64,000 nucleotides of DNA from the NCBI GenBank assembly GCA_963663165.1, contig OY760175.1:4800001-4864000 (forward strand), read 5' to 3'. Shown piece by piece: positions 35,008-45,017 of this stretch (within the stretch, counting starts at the first letter, position 1; the number at the start of each line of letters is the position of its first letter). Origin of the DNA: an uncultured Desulfospira sp. GTDB taxonomy: Bacteria > Desulfobacterota > Desulfobacteria > Desulfobacterales > Desulfobacteraceae. Below the pieces are notes generated by a model, which saw nothing but the letters and a program-made list of their open reading frames with translations, ran no database searches and was not told the DNA's origin. The position numbers and the translations under genes are program-made.

Positions 35008-35710
35008 TGGAAACCAGGGCGATTGCGGCAATACCGGCACCTAAGAGAATTCCTGCAGAGGGGACCGGGACGGCACCGAATTCAATGTTATCGATACCGG
35101 CCTTACCGTCACCGCCGGTTATTGTAAGGGTAAAGGAACTGATTGGCGTATCTGAAATAAAGGCAAAAAAAGTGCTGCCCCAACCGGTTGCATCAGGGGT
35201 TGGAACCGTAACGGCAACGTCATATTCCGTGCCGTCATTAAACGTAATTGCAATCGGCGAGGGATTATGATCCATCAGGTAAAATGCAAAATAGGTAATT
35301 GGAGAACTAAAGTCAAAAGTGTAATTTGTGGAATCCTGCACAGCCAAGGCAGAGTCTCCAATCGGGTCATTCTTCGTACTTCCCAAGATTGTTGAATTGT
35401 CTTCAGGTGTTGCTACATATGCATATCCCTGACTCGAAGTAATGGTCAGGCCCCCGGAAAGGGTATCACCAAGAATGCTGCCGGTAGAAAAACCACTTTC
35501 AAAATCAATAAGGGTATCCGGCGTTGAGATTCCCAAGGCATTTAACCACGCCGTTCTTTGATCTGTTTTGGCCGCCATAGCGGTTGAATTGTTGGTGCTG
35601 CTGCCTGTACTGGCGGTACAGGAAAATACCGTTACTGTTGCAGCCGCCGCAGACCCGGGGCCCATAAACAAAACTGATAATAGAACAGCGAACAAACCCA
35701 TTTTTTTCAT
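34997..35710 (-). CDS. PEP-CTERM-like (VPVP) exported protein
   Basis: Signal peptide, Ser/Thr-rich body, C-terminal VPVPSAGILLGAGIAAIALVSRKS. Confidence 0.85.
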   Translation of the reverse strand: MKKMGLFAVLLSVLFMGPGSAAAATVTVFSCTASTGSSTNNSTAMAAKTDQRTAWLNALGISTPDTLIDFESGFSTGSILGDTLSGGLTITSSQGYAYVATPEDNSTILGSTKNDPIGDSALAVQDSTNYTFDFSSPITYFAFYLMDHNPSPIAITFNDGTEYDVAVTVPTPDATGWGSTFFAFISDTPISSFTLTITGGDGKAGIDNIEFGAVPVPSAGILLGAGIAAIALVSRKS

Positions 35711-35862
35711 TATAACATCTCCATATCAAAAACAAATTTACCAAACAGTCTGAGAACCGCAAATTTTATAAAGTGAATGACCTTAGGGTGTTCTCTGCCG
35801 CCTTTGCCGCATGGTATCAAAGCCTTGGCAGCCCGGCTGTTAAACCTTTGATGCCTTTTTAT

Positions 35863-35952
35863 ATGAAAGTCTCACTAACCTCCTGAGAAGACTTTCATTA
35901 TTTGTTGTGGGCGGTTCTTGGTTGGATAACCAAGACGGCCCGTGGCCGTTAT
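35863..35952 (-). repeat. Structured dispersed repeat, copy C, inside a predicted 5' leader
   Basis: Near-identical to 8472-8649. Lies between the sigma54 promoter and the start codon at 35710. Confidence 0.85.
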
Positions 35953-36048
35953 ATAAAAACTGAAACCCGGCTCAATTCTGGTCACTTTATTTCATCTGAG
36001 GTCCTGTGCTCCACAGCGCAATAGACCGAACATGAATGCAGGAATATA

Positions 36049-36065
36049 AGCAAAAAAAGTGCCAA
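36049..36065 (-). promoter_or_regulatory. Sigma54 promoter
   Basis: Minus strand TTGGCAC-TTTTT-TTGCT, a full consensus. An upstream GTGTGAAGTTTTTTT...AAAAAAACTTCACAC inverted repeat lies near 36250-36291. Confidence 0.8.
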
Positions 36066-36380
36066 TCAAACATGAAAATAAACAGGGACCGGTCGCCCAT
36101 CTCTTTGCCTGGCAGATACCAAAGTCCAATGGGTTTAATTTTAAGATGATTTTTGTTGATAGACCGTCTCATTATGTTTTTAAAATCGAGTCCGACGGTT
36201 CGGGAACCAAAACGCCGGACCTCGCTGTGTTGGGAACTTTTCTTCCCAAGTGTGAAGTTTTTTTCTTAAAATTATGAAAAAAACTTCACACTTTTCAGAC
36301 GATACCCACCACAACTGAATCTTATCTAAGGCAATCGCATATAAGAAAGCAGTCTGTCCCGGAATGAAAGATAACTCCAG

Positions 36381-36455
36381 TAAAATGGACTTGGGACTTG
36401 GGGATTGCAGTATCCGTGGCCTCCCCAAGCCCCATATCCCAAGTCCCCATTTTAT
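36381..36455. repeat. Inverted heptamer repeat (GGACTTG / CAAGTCC arms)
   Basis: GGACTTGGGACTTGGGGATT ... CCCCAAGCCCCATATCCCAAGTCCCC. Confidence 0.55.
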
Positions 36456-36594
36456 ACATTGATCCTTATCACCCAAAGTACGATTAACTATAGGCAAGTT
36501 ACATGCGATCATCCTGCAATCTTATCCTTGACCCCTTATCCATGAAGGGGATACAACTTACGGGAACTTAAATTTTAAAAGAAGGAGAGGAACA

Positions 36595-36756
36595 ATGCAG
36601 CGGGTATATGAGTTTTTAAAGGAATGCGGTCACTATTATCTGGCCACCATAGACGGAGACCGGCCCAGGGTCCGCCCCTTCGGCACCGCCCTAATTTTTG
36701 AGGATAAGCTGTACATTCAGACCGGGAAGGTCAAAGACGTATCCAAACAGATGATG
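36595..36756 (+). pseudogene. Truncated pyridoxamine 5'-phosphate oxidase-like (NimC/NimA-type) protein
   Basis: Strong SD. YYLAT-x-DGD-x-PRVRPFG...LYIQTGKVKDVSKQM family-like sequence stops after ~54 aa, then the frame runs into the antisense of the next gene. Confidence 0.65.
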
Positions 36757-36778
36757 TTTGGGTATAGGGATGCCAGGA

Positions 36779-38089
36779 TCAGACATCTTCCGGTATATTC
36801 AGTAAAAACCGCCAGGCCGGCAGGATATCGATTTTTCCGGATGCAACGGTTATCTGGTTTTCCTCGCTGCGTGTCACGATGATGCCCCGGGGCAGCGCAA
36901 GTTCAGCCATGGCTTCGGCCAGGGCAGTGGTTTCCCGCTTGCTGGTTTTTGGGTCGGCCATGGTCTCACATACCTGAACCAGCATGCGGGTTGATCCTTG
37001 CCGTCCGGCGATAAAATCAACCTCCCGGCCCGTCCCGGTTTTATAATAAAAGATATCCGGCGTGACCCGGCGCAGTGCAATGTATACCAGATTTTCCAGA
37101 AGATGGCCTGAGTTGACCAGAATGCCGGAACTGGTCGAGGTCACCAAGGCGTGGTCAATGCAGTAAATTTTTTTGGGGTTGGTGTTGGCCTTGGCCAGCG
37201 AGGCGTTAAAAATGCGTACCGTAAATAGAACATAGGCGTCTTCAAACCATTCAAGGTAATTGGAAACAGCGGATTTTGGCGCTTTGTGGCCCAGGGATTT
37301 CAGATAGCCGGTCAGGTTGTTGATGGAATAAAGGGAGCCGGTATTATCCACCAGCCAGTGCGCCAGATCCGTGACCGCTTTTGGATGGGAAATATTATGG
37401 CGTTCAATCAGGTCGCGGAACAGCATCGCGCTGAAATATTCCTGGTGGATTTTCAGCCGCAGCATCCGGTTAAGATCAGCCACCTCAGGGAAACCGCCGG
37501 TTTCCCAGTACGCCTCGAATGCCTTCTGGATGGTCAGCCGTTTTTTAGTTGAGAAAGGACCATTACTCTCGATCCCCCTGCAGTCAAGAAACTCCTGGAA
37601 TGAAAATGGAAACATTTCCCAGGAAAGTGCCCGCCCGCGCATTTGCGTGGCAATTTCCCGGGAGAGCATCTGAGCCGATGATCCGGTAATGGCTACCTCG
37701 CATTTTTCCATCCGCATCAATCGGTCAACAAATGGCTCCCAACCGGATACGACCTGAATCTCATCAAAAAAGCAGTACACCGTTTCAACATTCTTCTTTT
37801 CCGGATAAAGTGAGAAGTATGCCTCGGAAATGATCCCTAAATTGTCATGTTGAAGACGATGCAGACGATCATCAAAGAAATTCAGGTAGAGAATGTTCTG
37901 ACGGGGAACACCTGAGTCCAAAAGCCGTTGCATCAGTTGAAACATGAAGGTTGATTTGCCGCAGCGGCGAACCCCAATGCATACGGTTGCCTTTTCCGGC
38001 ACCGAGGATACCGCCGTCCGTCTGGGCACACCCGTCGGCAGGGTCATTTCCTGGAAATCCAGGATTATTTCCTTGAGGTGGTCAATCAT
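36779..38089 (-). CDS. AAA+ ATP-binding protein (AAA_14 + DUF4143 type)
   Basis: GVRRCGKST, FFDEIQ, TGSS, GGFPE, K-x-Y-x-x-D, LLEN and REVDF motifs. Confidence 0.85.
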   Translation of the reverse strand: MIDHLKEIILDFQEMTLPTGVPRRTAVSSVPEKATVCIGVRRCGKSTFMFQLMQRLLDSGVPRQNILYLNFFDDRLHRLQHDNLGIISEAYFSLYPEKKNVETVYCFFDEIQVVSGWEPFVDRLMRMEKCEVAITGSSAQMLSREIATQMRGRALSWEMFPFSFQEFLDCRGIESNGPFSTKKRLTIQKAFEAYWETGGFPEVADLNRMLRLKIHQEYFSAMLFRDLIERHNISHPKAVTDLAHWLVDNTGSLYSINNLTGYLKSLGHKAPKSAVSNYLEWFEDAYVLFTVRIFNASLAKANTNPKKIYCIDHALVTSTSSGILVNSGHLLENLVYIALRRVTPDIFYYKTGTGREVDFIAGRQGSTRMLVQVCETMADPKTSKRETTALAEAMAELALPRGIIVTRSEENQITVASGKIDILPAWRFLLNIPEDV

Positions 38090-38230
38090 ACCAACTCCTC
38101 TGGTAATTTTTCTTTCCGATCAGCATATAAACTGGAAATAATTATTACCAGTTATTCTTATAAGTGGCAAGAAAATTTTCTGGTTTTGGATTATTTTTAA
38201 CCCCAGCAGGGGCATCATGAAAGGGAACCG

Positions 38231-39124
38231 TTAAAAATTTTCATCCAGGTTGAAAAACTCAACCGCGTTTTTGGTTGTGATCCTTTCAAGGACTTTATCT
38301 GAAAGCTTATCCGCGGCCAGGACTTTCAGCTCCCGGTCCCATTCATAAGGGATGTTGGGAAAGTCGGATCCGTACATGATCCGGTCCGGCCTGTAACGGT
38401 CAAGGCAAATTTTCTTTTTGACGGGAAAGTAGCCGCCAATGGCCATGGTGGTGTCCAGCCACAAAGTATCGTATGTCTCAATGAGCCGCTGGTATGCGGA
38501 CAGTTCATCCAATCCCAGATGGGGAACACAGATTTTCAGGCCCGGGAAATTCTTTAAAATCTGTTCCACTTTTCCAGCACTGCAAATTATATAGGGATCG
38601 CATCGGTAGGCGGTACTCTTGGGTTCCCGGCCGGCATGAATCACCAGGGGCTTGTTGTTGGCCCTGCAGCAGTCATACAAAATGTCCATGGCGTCGCTGT
38701 TCATGTCAAAACACTGGACATGGGCATGAAGTTTAAGCCCGCCAAGCCCGTCATCAAAGGCCTCCTGTAAAATCCTGCCCGCCTTATCCTCGCCCGGATA
38801 GACCGTGGCCATACCGGTGACACGGCCTGGAAATTGTCGGCAGCGGACCGCCATATAGGTGTTCAATTGTCGTGAAATTCCAGGCTTGTGCGCATATTGA
38901 AGGGCGATAATGTGATGGATACCCCGGGAGAGTAAAAATTCAAATATTTGGGTGGTTCTCATCCGGTACCGGATCTGCCACGCATGGTCATCAAACCATT
39001 TCCAGATGGAGGCCAGAATCTCTTTGGGGAAGATGTGCACATGGGCATCGATAATGAGGGGAAGCCCTGAAGGAACCTCGCTGCCTTCCGGATCATCAAA
39101 ATACGGCATGTTCGGTCTGAGCAT
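38231..39124 (-). CDS. Amidohydrolase_2 family metal-dependent hydrolase
   Basis: IDAHVH, GLKLH, IHAG, PHLG and YGSDFP motifs. Confidence 0.88.
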   Translation of the reverse strand: MLRPNMPYFDDPEGSEVPSGLPLIIDAHVHIFPKEILASIWKWFDDHAWQIRYRMRTTQIFEFLLSRGIHHIIALQYAHKPGISRQLNTYMAVRCRQFPGRVTGMATVYPGEDKAGRILQEAFDDGLGGLKLHAHVQCFDMNSDAMDILYDCCRANNKPLVIHAGREPKSTAYRCDPYIICSAGKVEQILKNFPGLKICVPHLGLDELSAYQRLIETYDTLWLDTTMAIGGYFPVKKKICLDRYRPDRIMYGSDFPNIPYEWDRELKVLAADKLSDKVLERITTKNAVEFFNLDENF

Positions 39125-39536
39125 TTTGCCTTCCGTATCTGCTGTTCATTTTGACTGGATTTTTAATTTTTACCAATCCGCTAGATTAGCACACAACCCA
39201 AACCCTCATAAAGCATTATCTGATTCAGTCCCCAAATCAGCCACATGAATATTCCGGCATAATATTTGAGTATCTTTGGGAATTTACCAAGGCAATTTGG
39301 CCTTGTTCCTTTGCGCGGGTTTTTGGGAAGGGCAGCCTGCTGTTTTCAAGTGTCAGGCCTGAAACCATAAAAGCAGGTGCCATAAAATAATGGCACTGCC
39401 CTTATCCGGCACGGTATTCTAAACGTTTTTCCAGGTTGCCGGCTGGTCCGTCCCATGGTGTGCAGATGTTAAAAAGTGCTAAATTTCAATTGGTTATCTT
39501 TGCGTCAAAAGAAAATGCCCTTGGATCTCCCTGTGT

Positions 39537-39553
39537 TGGCATGGTTATGGCAA
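39537..39553 (+). promoter_or_regulatory. Sigma54-type promoter (copy 1)
   Basis: TGGCATGGTTATGGCAA (GG-N10-GC). Identical 17-mer at 42023-42039. Confidence 0.7.
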
Positions 39554-39637
39554 TTCCTCAAGGCCAGGAAATTTGAATATTGATATGTCCCGGCCAATGG
39601 CTCCGGGTAAAGACCTATTCCGCAAGGGAGAATAAAT

Positions 39638-41722
39638 ATGACCAAAGAAACGGTATTTAGCGTCTGCGGCATGTGTACGGTGCGCTGCCCCATAAAGGTG
39701 GAAGTTGAAAACGGCCAGGCCGGAATGATCACCGGAAACCCTCATGTACCGGCCATGAAGGGGGCGGTCTGCCCCCGGGGTGCCGCAGGAAAGGCCCTGC
39801 TCCTTGACAAGGAACGCCCCGGGACCCCGCTGATCCGTACCGGAGAAAGGGGTGAGGGCAAATGGCGCAAGGCCACCTGGGACGAGGCCCTGGATTATGT
39901 GGCTGAAAAACTCAACGGGATCAAGGCAGAATACGGGGCCAGGGCCATTTCATTCTCCGACCGGGGCGGCCCGTTCCGGGATATGCACCGGGCGTTTCTC
40001 AAAGGGCTTGGCACCCCCAACTACCACAACCATGATTCCTCCTGTGCCCGGAACGTGCAGCACGCGGCCTTGTCCCTGACAGGCATGGGCCGCAAGGCCG
40101 TGTCCTATGATTTTAAGAACGCCAGGCATGTGGTCCTTCAGTTCAGAAATATTTTTGAGGCCATCAATGTTCAGGAGGTCAACAACCTCATGGACGGCCT
40201 GGAAAAAGGATGCAAGCTGACGGTGATCGATATCCGGGCAAACGTTTCTGCGGCCAAGGCCAGCCGGTTTATGATGATCCGCCCGGGAACCGATTATGCC
40301 TTTAACCTGGCCGTGATTCATGAACTCATTAATAAAAACCTTTATGACAAAGCCTTTGCTGACCGGTGGATTGACGGATTCAAAGAACTGGAACAGTTCG
40401 TGGCGCCCTATACCCCTGAATGGGCCCAGGAACAGACCGGAATCAGTGCCGCACAGCTTCGCCGCTTTGTGGCGGACCTTTCCAAAGCCGCCCCTTCCGT
40501 GATCTGGCATCCGGGCTGGATGGCGGCAAGGTATAAGGATTCTTTTTATATCTGCCGGTCCATTTATATCATCAACGCCCTGCTCGGGGCTTACGGGGCC
40601 AAAGGCGGCTTGCCCTTTGTTCTGAAACCCGGGGATGTAGGGGCCAAAGGCCTTAAATCCTTTATGGATCTTTATCCCAAACCCGAAGAAAAACGGGCCG
40701 ACGGGGTGGGCTGGAAATACACCCATTTTGAACAGGGGCCCGGCCTTGCCCACCTGCTGTTCAAGGCCATTGAAGAGCAGGAACCCTATCCGGTCAAAGC
40801 CTATATCGCCTACCGCCATGACCCGCTCATGGGATACCCGGACCCCGGCCGGCTCCGGAAGATGTGGGATAAGCTGGACCTGCTGGTTTCGGTGACCTTT
40901 TCCTGGTCAGATACGGCCTGGCATTCCGATGTGGTCCTGCCGCTGTCCACATATCTGGAGCGCGAAAGCATCATTGCCACGAAAAATGCCCTCAAGCCCC
41001 AGTTTTTTGTCAGGAAAAGGGCGGTTGAGCCCCGGTATGACAGCCGGGCGGACTGGGAAATTATCTCAGGGCTTGCCCGGCGCATGAACCTGCCGGACCT
41101 GGTGTTTGACCGGGTAGAGGATATCTGGAAATTTCAACTTGAGGACACGGGTCTTTCCATAGATGATTTTGACGCCAAAGGCCAGGTCTCTTTATCCGAT
41201 AAGGCCATATACAAGGACTTCCAGGAATATGCCTTTAAAACAGAGTCCGGAAAAATTCAGATCATTTCAAAAAATCTGGAGGAAAACGGCCAGCCCTCCT
41301 TAAAACCCTATGAGCCGCCATCCGCCGGCAAAGAAGGGGAGTACCGGATCACCTTTGGCCGGTGTGCCCTGCACACCCAGGGCCATACCGTCAACAACCC
41401 ACTGCTCAACGAGCAGATGTCGGAAAACACGCTCTGGATCAATACAAAAGAGGCGGAAAAGCTGGGGATTTCAGACCGGGATGTGGTGACTGTAAGCCAG
41501 AACGGCTATACCGAAACCATCCGGGCCCAGGTCACCGACCATATTCACCCGGAGGCGGTGTTTGTCATCCACGGCTTTGGCCACCGTCTTAAAGCAGAGA
41601 GCCGGGCTTTCGGCAAAGGGCTTGCTGACAACAAGTTCATGGCCGGCGGCATGGATATCTGGGACAAGGCCGGCGGGGCCATTGCCTATCAGGAACATTT
41701 TGTAAAAGTATCCAAAGGATAA
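39638..41722 (+). CDS. Molybdopterin oxidoreductase catalytic subunit, PhsA/PsrA-like, no Tat signal
   Basis: CGMC-x3-C...C Fe-S motif at the very N-terminus, W-x-x-x-x-WDEAL, HDSSC (Mo-ligand Cys), IRPGTD, DVVLP-x-x-TYLER. Confidence 0.88.
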   Translation: MTKETVFSVCGMCTVRCPIKVEVENGQAGMITGNPHVPAMKGAVCPRGAAGKALLLDKERPGTPLIRTGERGEGKWRKATWDEALDYVAEKLNGIKAEYGARAISFSDRGGPFRDMHRAFLKGLGTPNYHNHDSSCARNVQHAALSLTGMGRKAVSYDFKNARHVVLQFRNIFEAINVQEVNNLMDGLEKGCKLTVIDIRANVSAAKASRFMMIRPGTDYAFNLAVIHELINKNLYDKAFADRWIDGFKELEQFVAPYTPEWAQEQTGISAAQLRRFVADLSKAAPSVIWHPGWMAARYKDSFYICRSIYIINALLGAYGAKGGLPFVLKPGDVGAKGLKSFMDLYPKPEEKRADGVGWKYTHFEQGPGLAHLLFKAIEEQEPYPVKAYIAYRHDPLMGYPDPGRLRKMWDKLDLLVSVTFSWSDTAWHSDVVLPLSTYLERESIIATKNALKPQFFVRKRAVEPRYDSRADWEIISGLARRMNLPDLVFDRVEDIWKFQLEDTGLSIDDFDAKGQVSLSDKAIYKDFQEYAFKTESGKIQIISKNLEENGQPSLKPYEPPSAGKEGEYRITFGRCALHTQGHTVNNPLLNEQMSENTLWINTKEAEKLGISDRDVVTVSQNGYTETIRAQVTDHIHPEAVFVIHGFGHRLKAESRAFGKGLADNKFMAGGMDIWDKAGGAIAYQEHFVKVSKG

Positions 41723-41745
41723 TACACGGTTCTGCTGTGATGATT

Positions 41746-41850
41746 TTTGTGGGCTTACGTGGACAGGGTGGACTTTGTGGACAAACCGGCAGGCCGTGGG
41801 GGGCTGTCGGACTGTCCACCCCGTCTGCTCCGTCCACTTAAGTCCACAAA
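41746..41850. repeat. Inverted 9-mer repeat (GTGGAC / GTCCAC arms)
   Basis: Left arm 41746-41782 is an imperfect reverse complement of 41813-41850. Confidence 0.7.
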
Positions 41851-42022
41851 GCCTGATCTCCATGTGGACAGCGCCCTGCAGTAAAAAAAATGCAGCGCAA
41901 GTTTTTTATTGCACTGTCCCCGCGTTGGTTCCCCGGCAACCGCCCTGCACCAAAAAACAATTTGGCAGAATTTATTAATGATTTCAAAAATATAAAACAA
42001 AAAAGCCCCCATGCTAACCCCA

Positions 42023-42039
42023 TGGCATGGTTATGGCAA
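42023..42039 (+). promoter_or_regulatory. Sigma54-type promoter (copy 2)
   Basis: Identical to 39537-39553; 38 nt before the ATG at 42078. Confidence 0.7.
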
Positions 42040-42077
42040 ATCCCAAAATTTAAGTTTAACCCGACACCGGAGGATAT

Positions 42078-42593
42078 ATGAGTCACTATTACCTGTTTCA
42101 GGATACCAGAAAATGCATTGGCTGCCACAGCTGTGAGGTGGCGTGCAAGGCCAATAAAAACCTGCCGGCAGGCCCCAAGCCCTGCCAGATCATCCAGGTG
42201 GGTCCCAAGACCATCGCTGAAGTCCCGAAAATATCCTTTATTTTTATGCCCTGTTTCCATTGTGAAAATCCCTGGTGTGTCTCTGCCTGTCCCACAGGGG
42301 CCATGCAGCAGCGAAGCCATGACGGCATTGTATTTGTGGACCAGGACTTATGCGTGGGATGCAAGACCTGTATTTCCGCCTGTCCCTGGGGGGCGCCCCA
42401 GTGGAACCCGGAAATCGGAAAGGTTGAAAAATGCGATTACTGCAAGGACCGGATTGACCAGGGCCTTTCCCCTGCCTGTGTCACCGGCTGCACCACCAGC
42501 TGCCTTAAGTTCGGGCAGGTTGAAGACATGACACAGATCAGGAGAGAGCGCCACGCTCAATCCGTAACATCCTTTGAGGACACCAGCTTTTAA
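42078..42593 (+). CDS. 4Fe-4S dicluster subunit (PsrB/DmsB/NrfC-like)
   Basis: CIGCHSCEVAC, CFHCENPWCVSACP, CVGCKTCISACP, KCDYC..PACV-x-x-C. Confidence 0.92.
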   Translation: MSHYYLFQDTRKCIGCHSCEVACKANKNLPAGPKPCQIIQVGPKTIAEVPKISFIFMPCFHCENPWCVSACPTGAMQQRSHDGIVFVDQDLCVGCKTCISACPWGAPQWNPEIGKVEKCDYCKDRIDQGLSPACVTGCTTSCLKFGQVEDMTQIRRERHAQSVTSFEDTSF

Positions 42594-42596
42594 GGA

Positions 42597-44765
42597 GTGA
42601 CCATGGAAACCACCTGTCCGGTCAGCCAGACCATTGCGTTTTTGACCCGCCAGATCGGCCCCCAGGGGCTTCCTGACCCCAAAGGGCAGCGGATCAGCGA
42701 ACAGATTCTGGTGCTGGCTGAAGAGATTGCCGACGGGACTGCCGGTGAAGCCCATTTGGCGGCTATTGAGTCCCTGGCCAAAGAATACCGGTATGACGGC
42801 AGCCCGGTCCAGACCCGGGAGGCAGGCCGGGTGGTTGAAGAATTTTTAACAGACCACCGGGAAGTCTTTGAAAACCATATTTTAACCCGGAACTGCCCGT
42901 CCCACGACTGCGGGAAACTGGCCCCCTCTCCATGCCAGATGGCCTGCCCGGCCGGCATTGACATCCCCACCTACCTGGCCCTTATTGCCCGGGGCGAAGA
43001 TGCCAGGGCCATTGAGGTGATCCGGCGGGACAACCCGCTGCCCTGGGTCTGCGGCCTGATCTGCACCAGGCCCTGTGAAATGATGTGCGTCAGGGCAAGG
43101 ATCGATACGCCCATCTCCATTAAGTTTCTCAAAGCCTTTGCCGCTGAACGGGCCATGTCCGACCGAACCTATACCAACCCCGCGCCCAAGCCGGCTAACG
43201 GAAAAAAGGTCTGCGTGGTGGGGGCCGGGCCCGGCGGTTTGTCCTGTGCCTATTATCTGGCCCTGATGGGGTATACGGTTAAAATTATTGAGGCCCTGCC
43301 CGTGCCCGGGGGCATGCTCATGGTGGGCATCCCCCGATACCGGCTGCCCCGGGAGGTGATTGACCGGGAAGTGGCCATGATTGAGGCCTTAGGCGTTGAG
43401 ATTTTATACAACACCCGGTTTGGACAAGACATCACCAAGCCAGAACTGGATAAACAGGGATACGGGGCCTACTTCATCGCTATTGGTGCCCACAAGGCAT
43501 GGGATCTTGATATTGAAGGGGAAAAAGAGTTCCCCAAAGTCATTGAGGCGGTTCGGTTTTTAAGGGACGTGGCTTTGGGCGAACGCCACTGCCCCGGGAA
43601 TCATGTGGTGGTGATCGGCGGCGGCAACGTGGCCATTGACGCGGCCCGGACCAGCCTGCGATTAGGGGCCGAGCGGGTCACCATTGCCTATCGCCGGACC
43701 CGGGATCAGATGCCCGCGGACGTGGAAGAGGTGGAACAGGCCGAGGAAGAGGGGATTGAATTTTCCTTTCTGACCATTCCCACAAAGGTTTCGGGAAGTC
43801 AGGGCCGCATCCACGCCCTGACCTGTATCAAGGCTGAACTCAAAAAGAAAAAGGGGTCTGACCGGCTGGCCCCTGTGCCCATTGAAGGGCAGGAATTTGA
43901 CATACAGGCCGACGCGGTCATCAGCGCCATTGGCCAGTATGTGGACGATTCGGGCATGGACGCTTTTGAGCAGATGAAATGGAGCCGCAGGGGAACCATT
44001 GATGTCAATCACGCCAGCATGGAAACGGCCCAGCCAGGGGTTTTTGCCGCCGGAGACGCGGTATCAGGGCCGGCCACCGTGATCGAGGCCATTGGCGGGG
44101 GGAAACGGGCCGCAGATGCCATAGACCGGTACCTTCGCGGCATTCCCCAGCCCCGGGCACCGAGAACCCCGGTCCGGCACAATACCGAACCGGTCATTGA
44201 AATGAGCGCCGGCCAGAAAATGACGGCCAAACCGCCCCAAATGCCCATGCTCAACCTGTACCGGCGGCGGACCACCTTCCAGCAGGTGGAGCTCGGCTTT
44301 GAAGAAGAAGATGTCAGAAGGGAAGCTGCCCGCTGCCTGCGCTGCGATATCTGCCGGCGGTGCGGCAAATGTGTGGATATCTGCCGGGATAAAATGGGGC
44401 TCAATGCCCTGAAACTGGGTTACCTTGATTTTGACGAAACATCCCCCACGGATTTTCGGGTAACCGCTGAAAACTGTATTACCTGCGGGGCCTGTGCGGC
44501 CAATTGTGAAAATAATGCATTGAAAATTGACGAAAAAGACGACCAGCGAAGGCTGCTGCTGTGCGGCACCGTGCTGAACAGCCAGGCCATCCAGTACTGT
44601 GAAGGCTGCGGGGCCAAACTCGGCTCTGTGGAATACACCCGCTTTATCACCAGGAAAACCAGGAACATTTCACCGGCCACGGACAAACGGCTGTTATGCA
44701 ATGACTGCCTGCGCCGCAGCAATGCGGCGGCCGGGGTCACCAACGGCGCCCTGCCCATGGCCTGA
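42597..44765 (+). CDS. Fe-S flavoprotein, GltD/NfnB/SudA-like NAD(P)H oxidoreductase with extra 4Fe-4S domains
   Basis: PCQMACP, CG-x-IC-x-RPCE-x-x-C, VGAGPGG, GGGNVAIDAAR, FAAGD, EAARCLRC and ferredoxin motifs. Start is GTG 42597 or ATG 42603. Confidence 0.88.
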   Translation: MTMETTCPVSQTIAFLTRQIGPQGLPDPKGQRISEQILVLAEEIADGTAGEAHLAAIESLAKEYRYDGSPVQTREAGRVVEEFLTDHREVFENHILTRNCPSHDCGKLAPSPCQMACPAGIDIPTYLALIARGEDARAIEVIRRDNPLPWVCGLICTRPCEMMCVRARIDTPISIKFLKAFAAERAMSDRTYTNPAPKPANGKKVCVVGAGPGGLSCAYYLALMGYTVKIIEALPVPGGMLMVGIPRYRLPREVIDREVAMIEALGVEILYNTRFGQDITKPELDKQGYGAYFIAIGAHKAWDLDIEGEKEFPKVIEAVRFLRDVALGERHCPGNHVVVIGGGNVAIDAARTSLRLGAERVTIAYRRTRDQMPADVEEVEQAEEEGIEFSFLTIPTKVSGSQGRIHALTCIKAELKKKKGSDRLAPVPIEGQEFDIQADAVISAIGQYVDDSGMDAFEQMKWSRRGTIDVNHASMETAQPGVFAAGDAVSGPATVIEAIGGGKRAADAIDRYLRGIPQPRAPRTPVRHNTEPVIEMSAGQKMTAKPPQMPMLNLYRRRTTFQQVELGFEEEDVRREAARCLRCDICRRCGKCVDICRDKMGLNALKLGYLDFDETSPTDFRVTAENCITCGACAANCENNALKIDEKDDQRRLLLCGTVLNSQAIQYCEGCGAKLGSVEYTRFITRKTRNISPATDKRLLCNDCLRRSNAAAGVTNGALPMA

Positions 44766-44781
44766 AAAAAAGGAGGATAAC

Positions 44782-45006
44782 ATGACATTCCAGCGGGGAG
44801 ATAAAATAGAGGTATTCAGGCCGTCGGAAGACGAGGCCTGGGAGGATTATATGAACGATTTTTTAGGCTGCCACGGGTTTATTGTGGATCCGGACACCTC
44901 GGTTAATGACCCGGATGCCCTGGTGGAGGTCAGCCTTGAAGGCAAAGGCACCCACCGGCTTCCCCAGGACTGCTTAAGACAGATCACCTCCGGCACCGGC
45001 TGTTAA
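44782..45006 (+). CDS. Small hypothetical protein (74 aa)
   Basis: AGGAGG SD before ATG 44782 (MTFQRGDKIEV...). Fills the gap within the operon. Confidence 0.7.
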   Translation: MTFQRGDKIEVFRPSEDEAWEDYMNDFLGCHGFIVDPDTSVNDPDALVEVSLEGKGTHRLPQDCLRQITSGTGC

Positions 45007-45017
45007 GGAACCATCCC

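Noticed and set aside
34909..35127. 72 aa ORF with DLTPM repeats
   Set aside because: Translation of the junction repeat array, antisense to the PEP-CTERM gene.
39995..40060. Selenocysteine in the molybdopterin enzyme
   Set aside because: The ligand position is a TGT Cys codon and the frame has no in-frame UGA.
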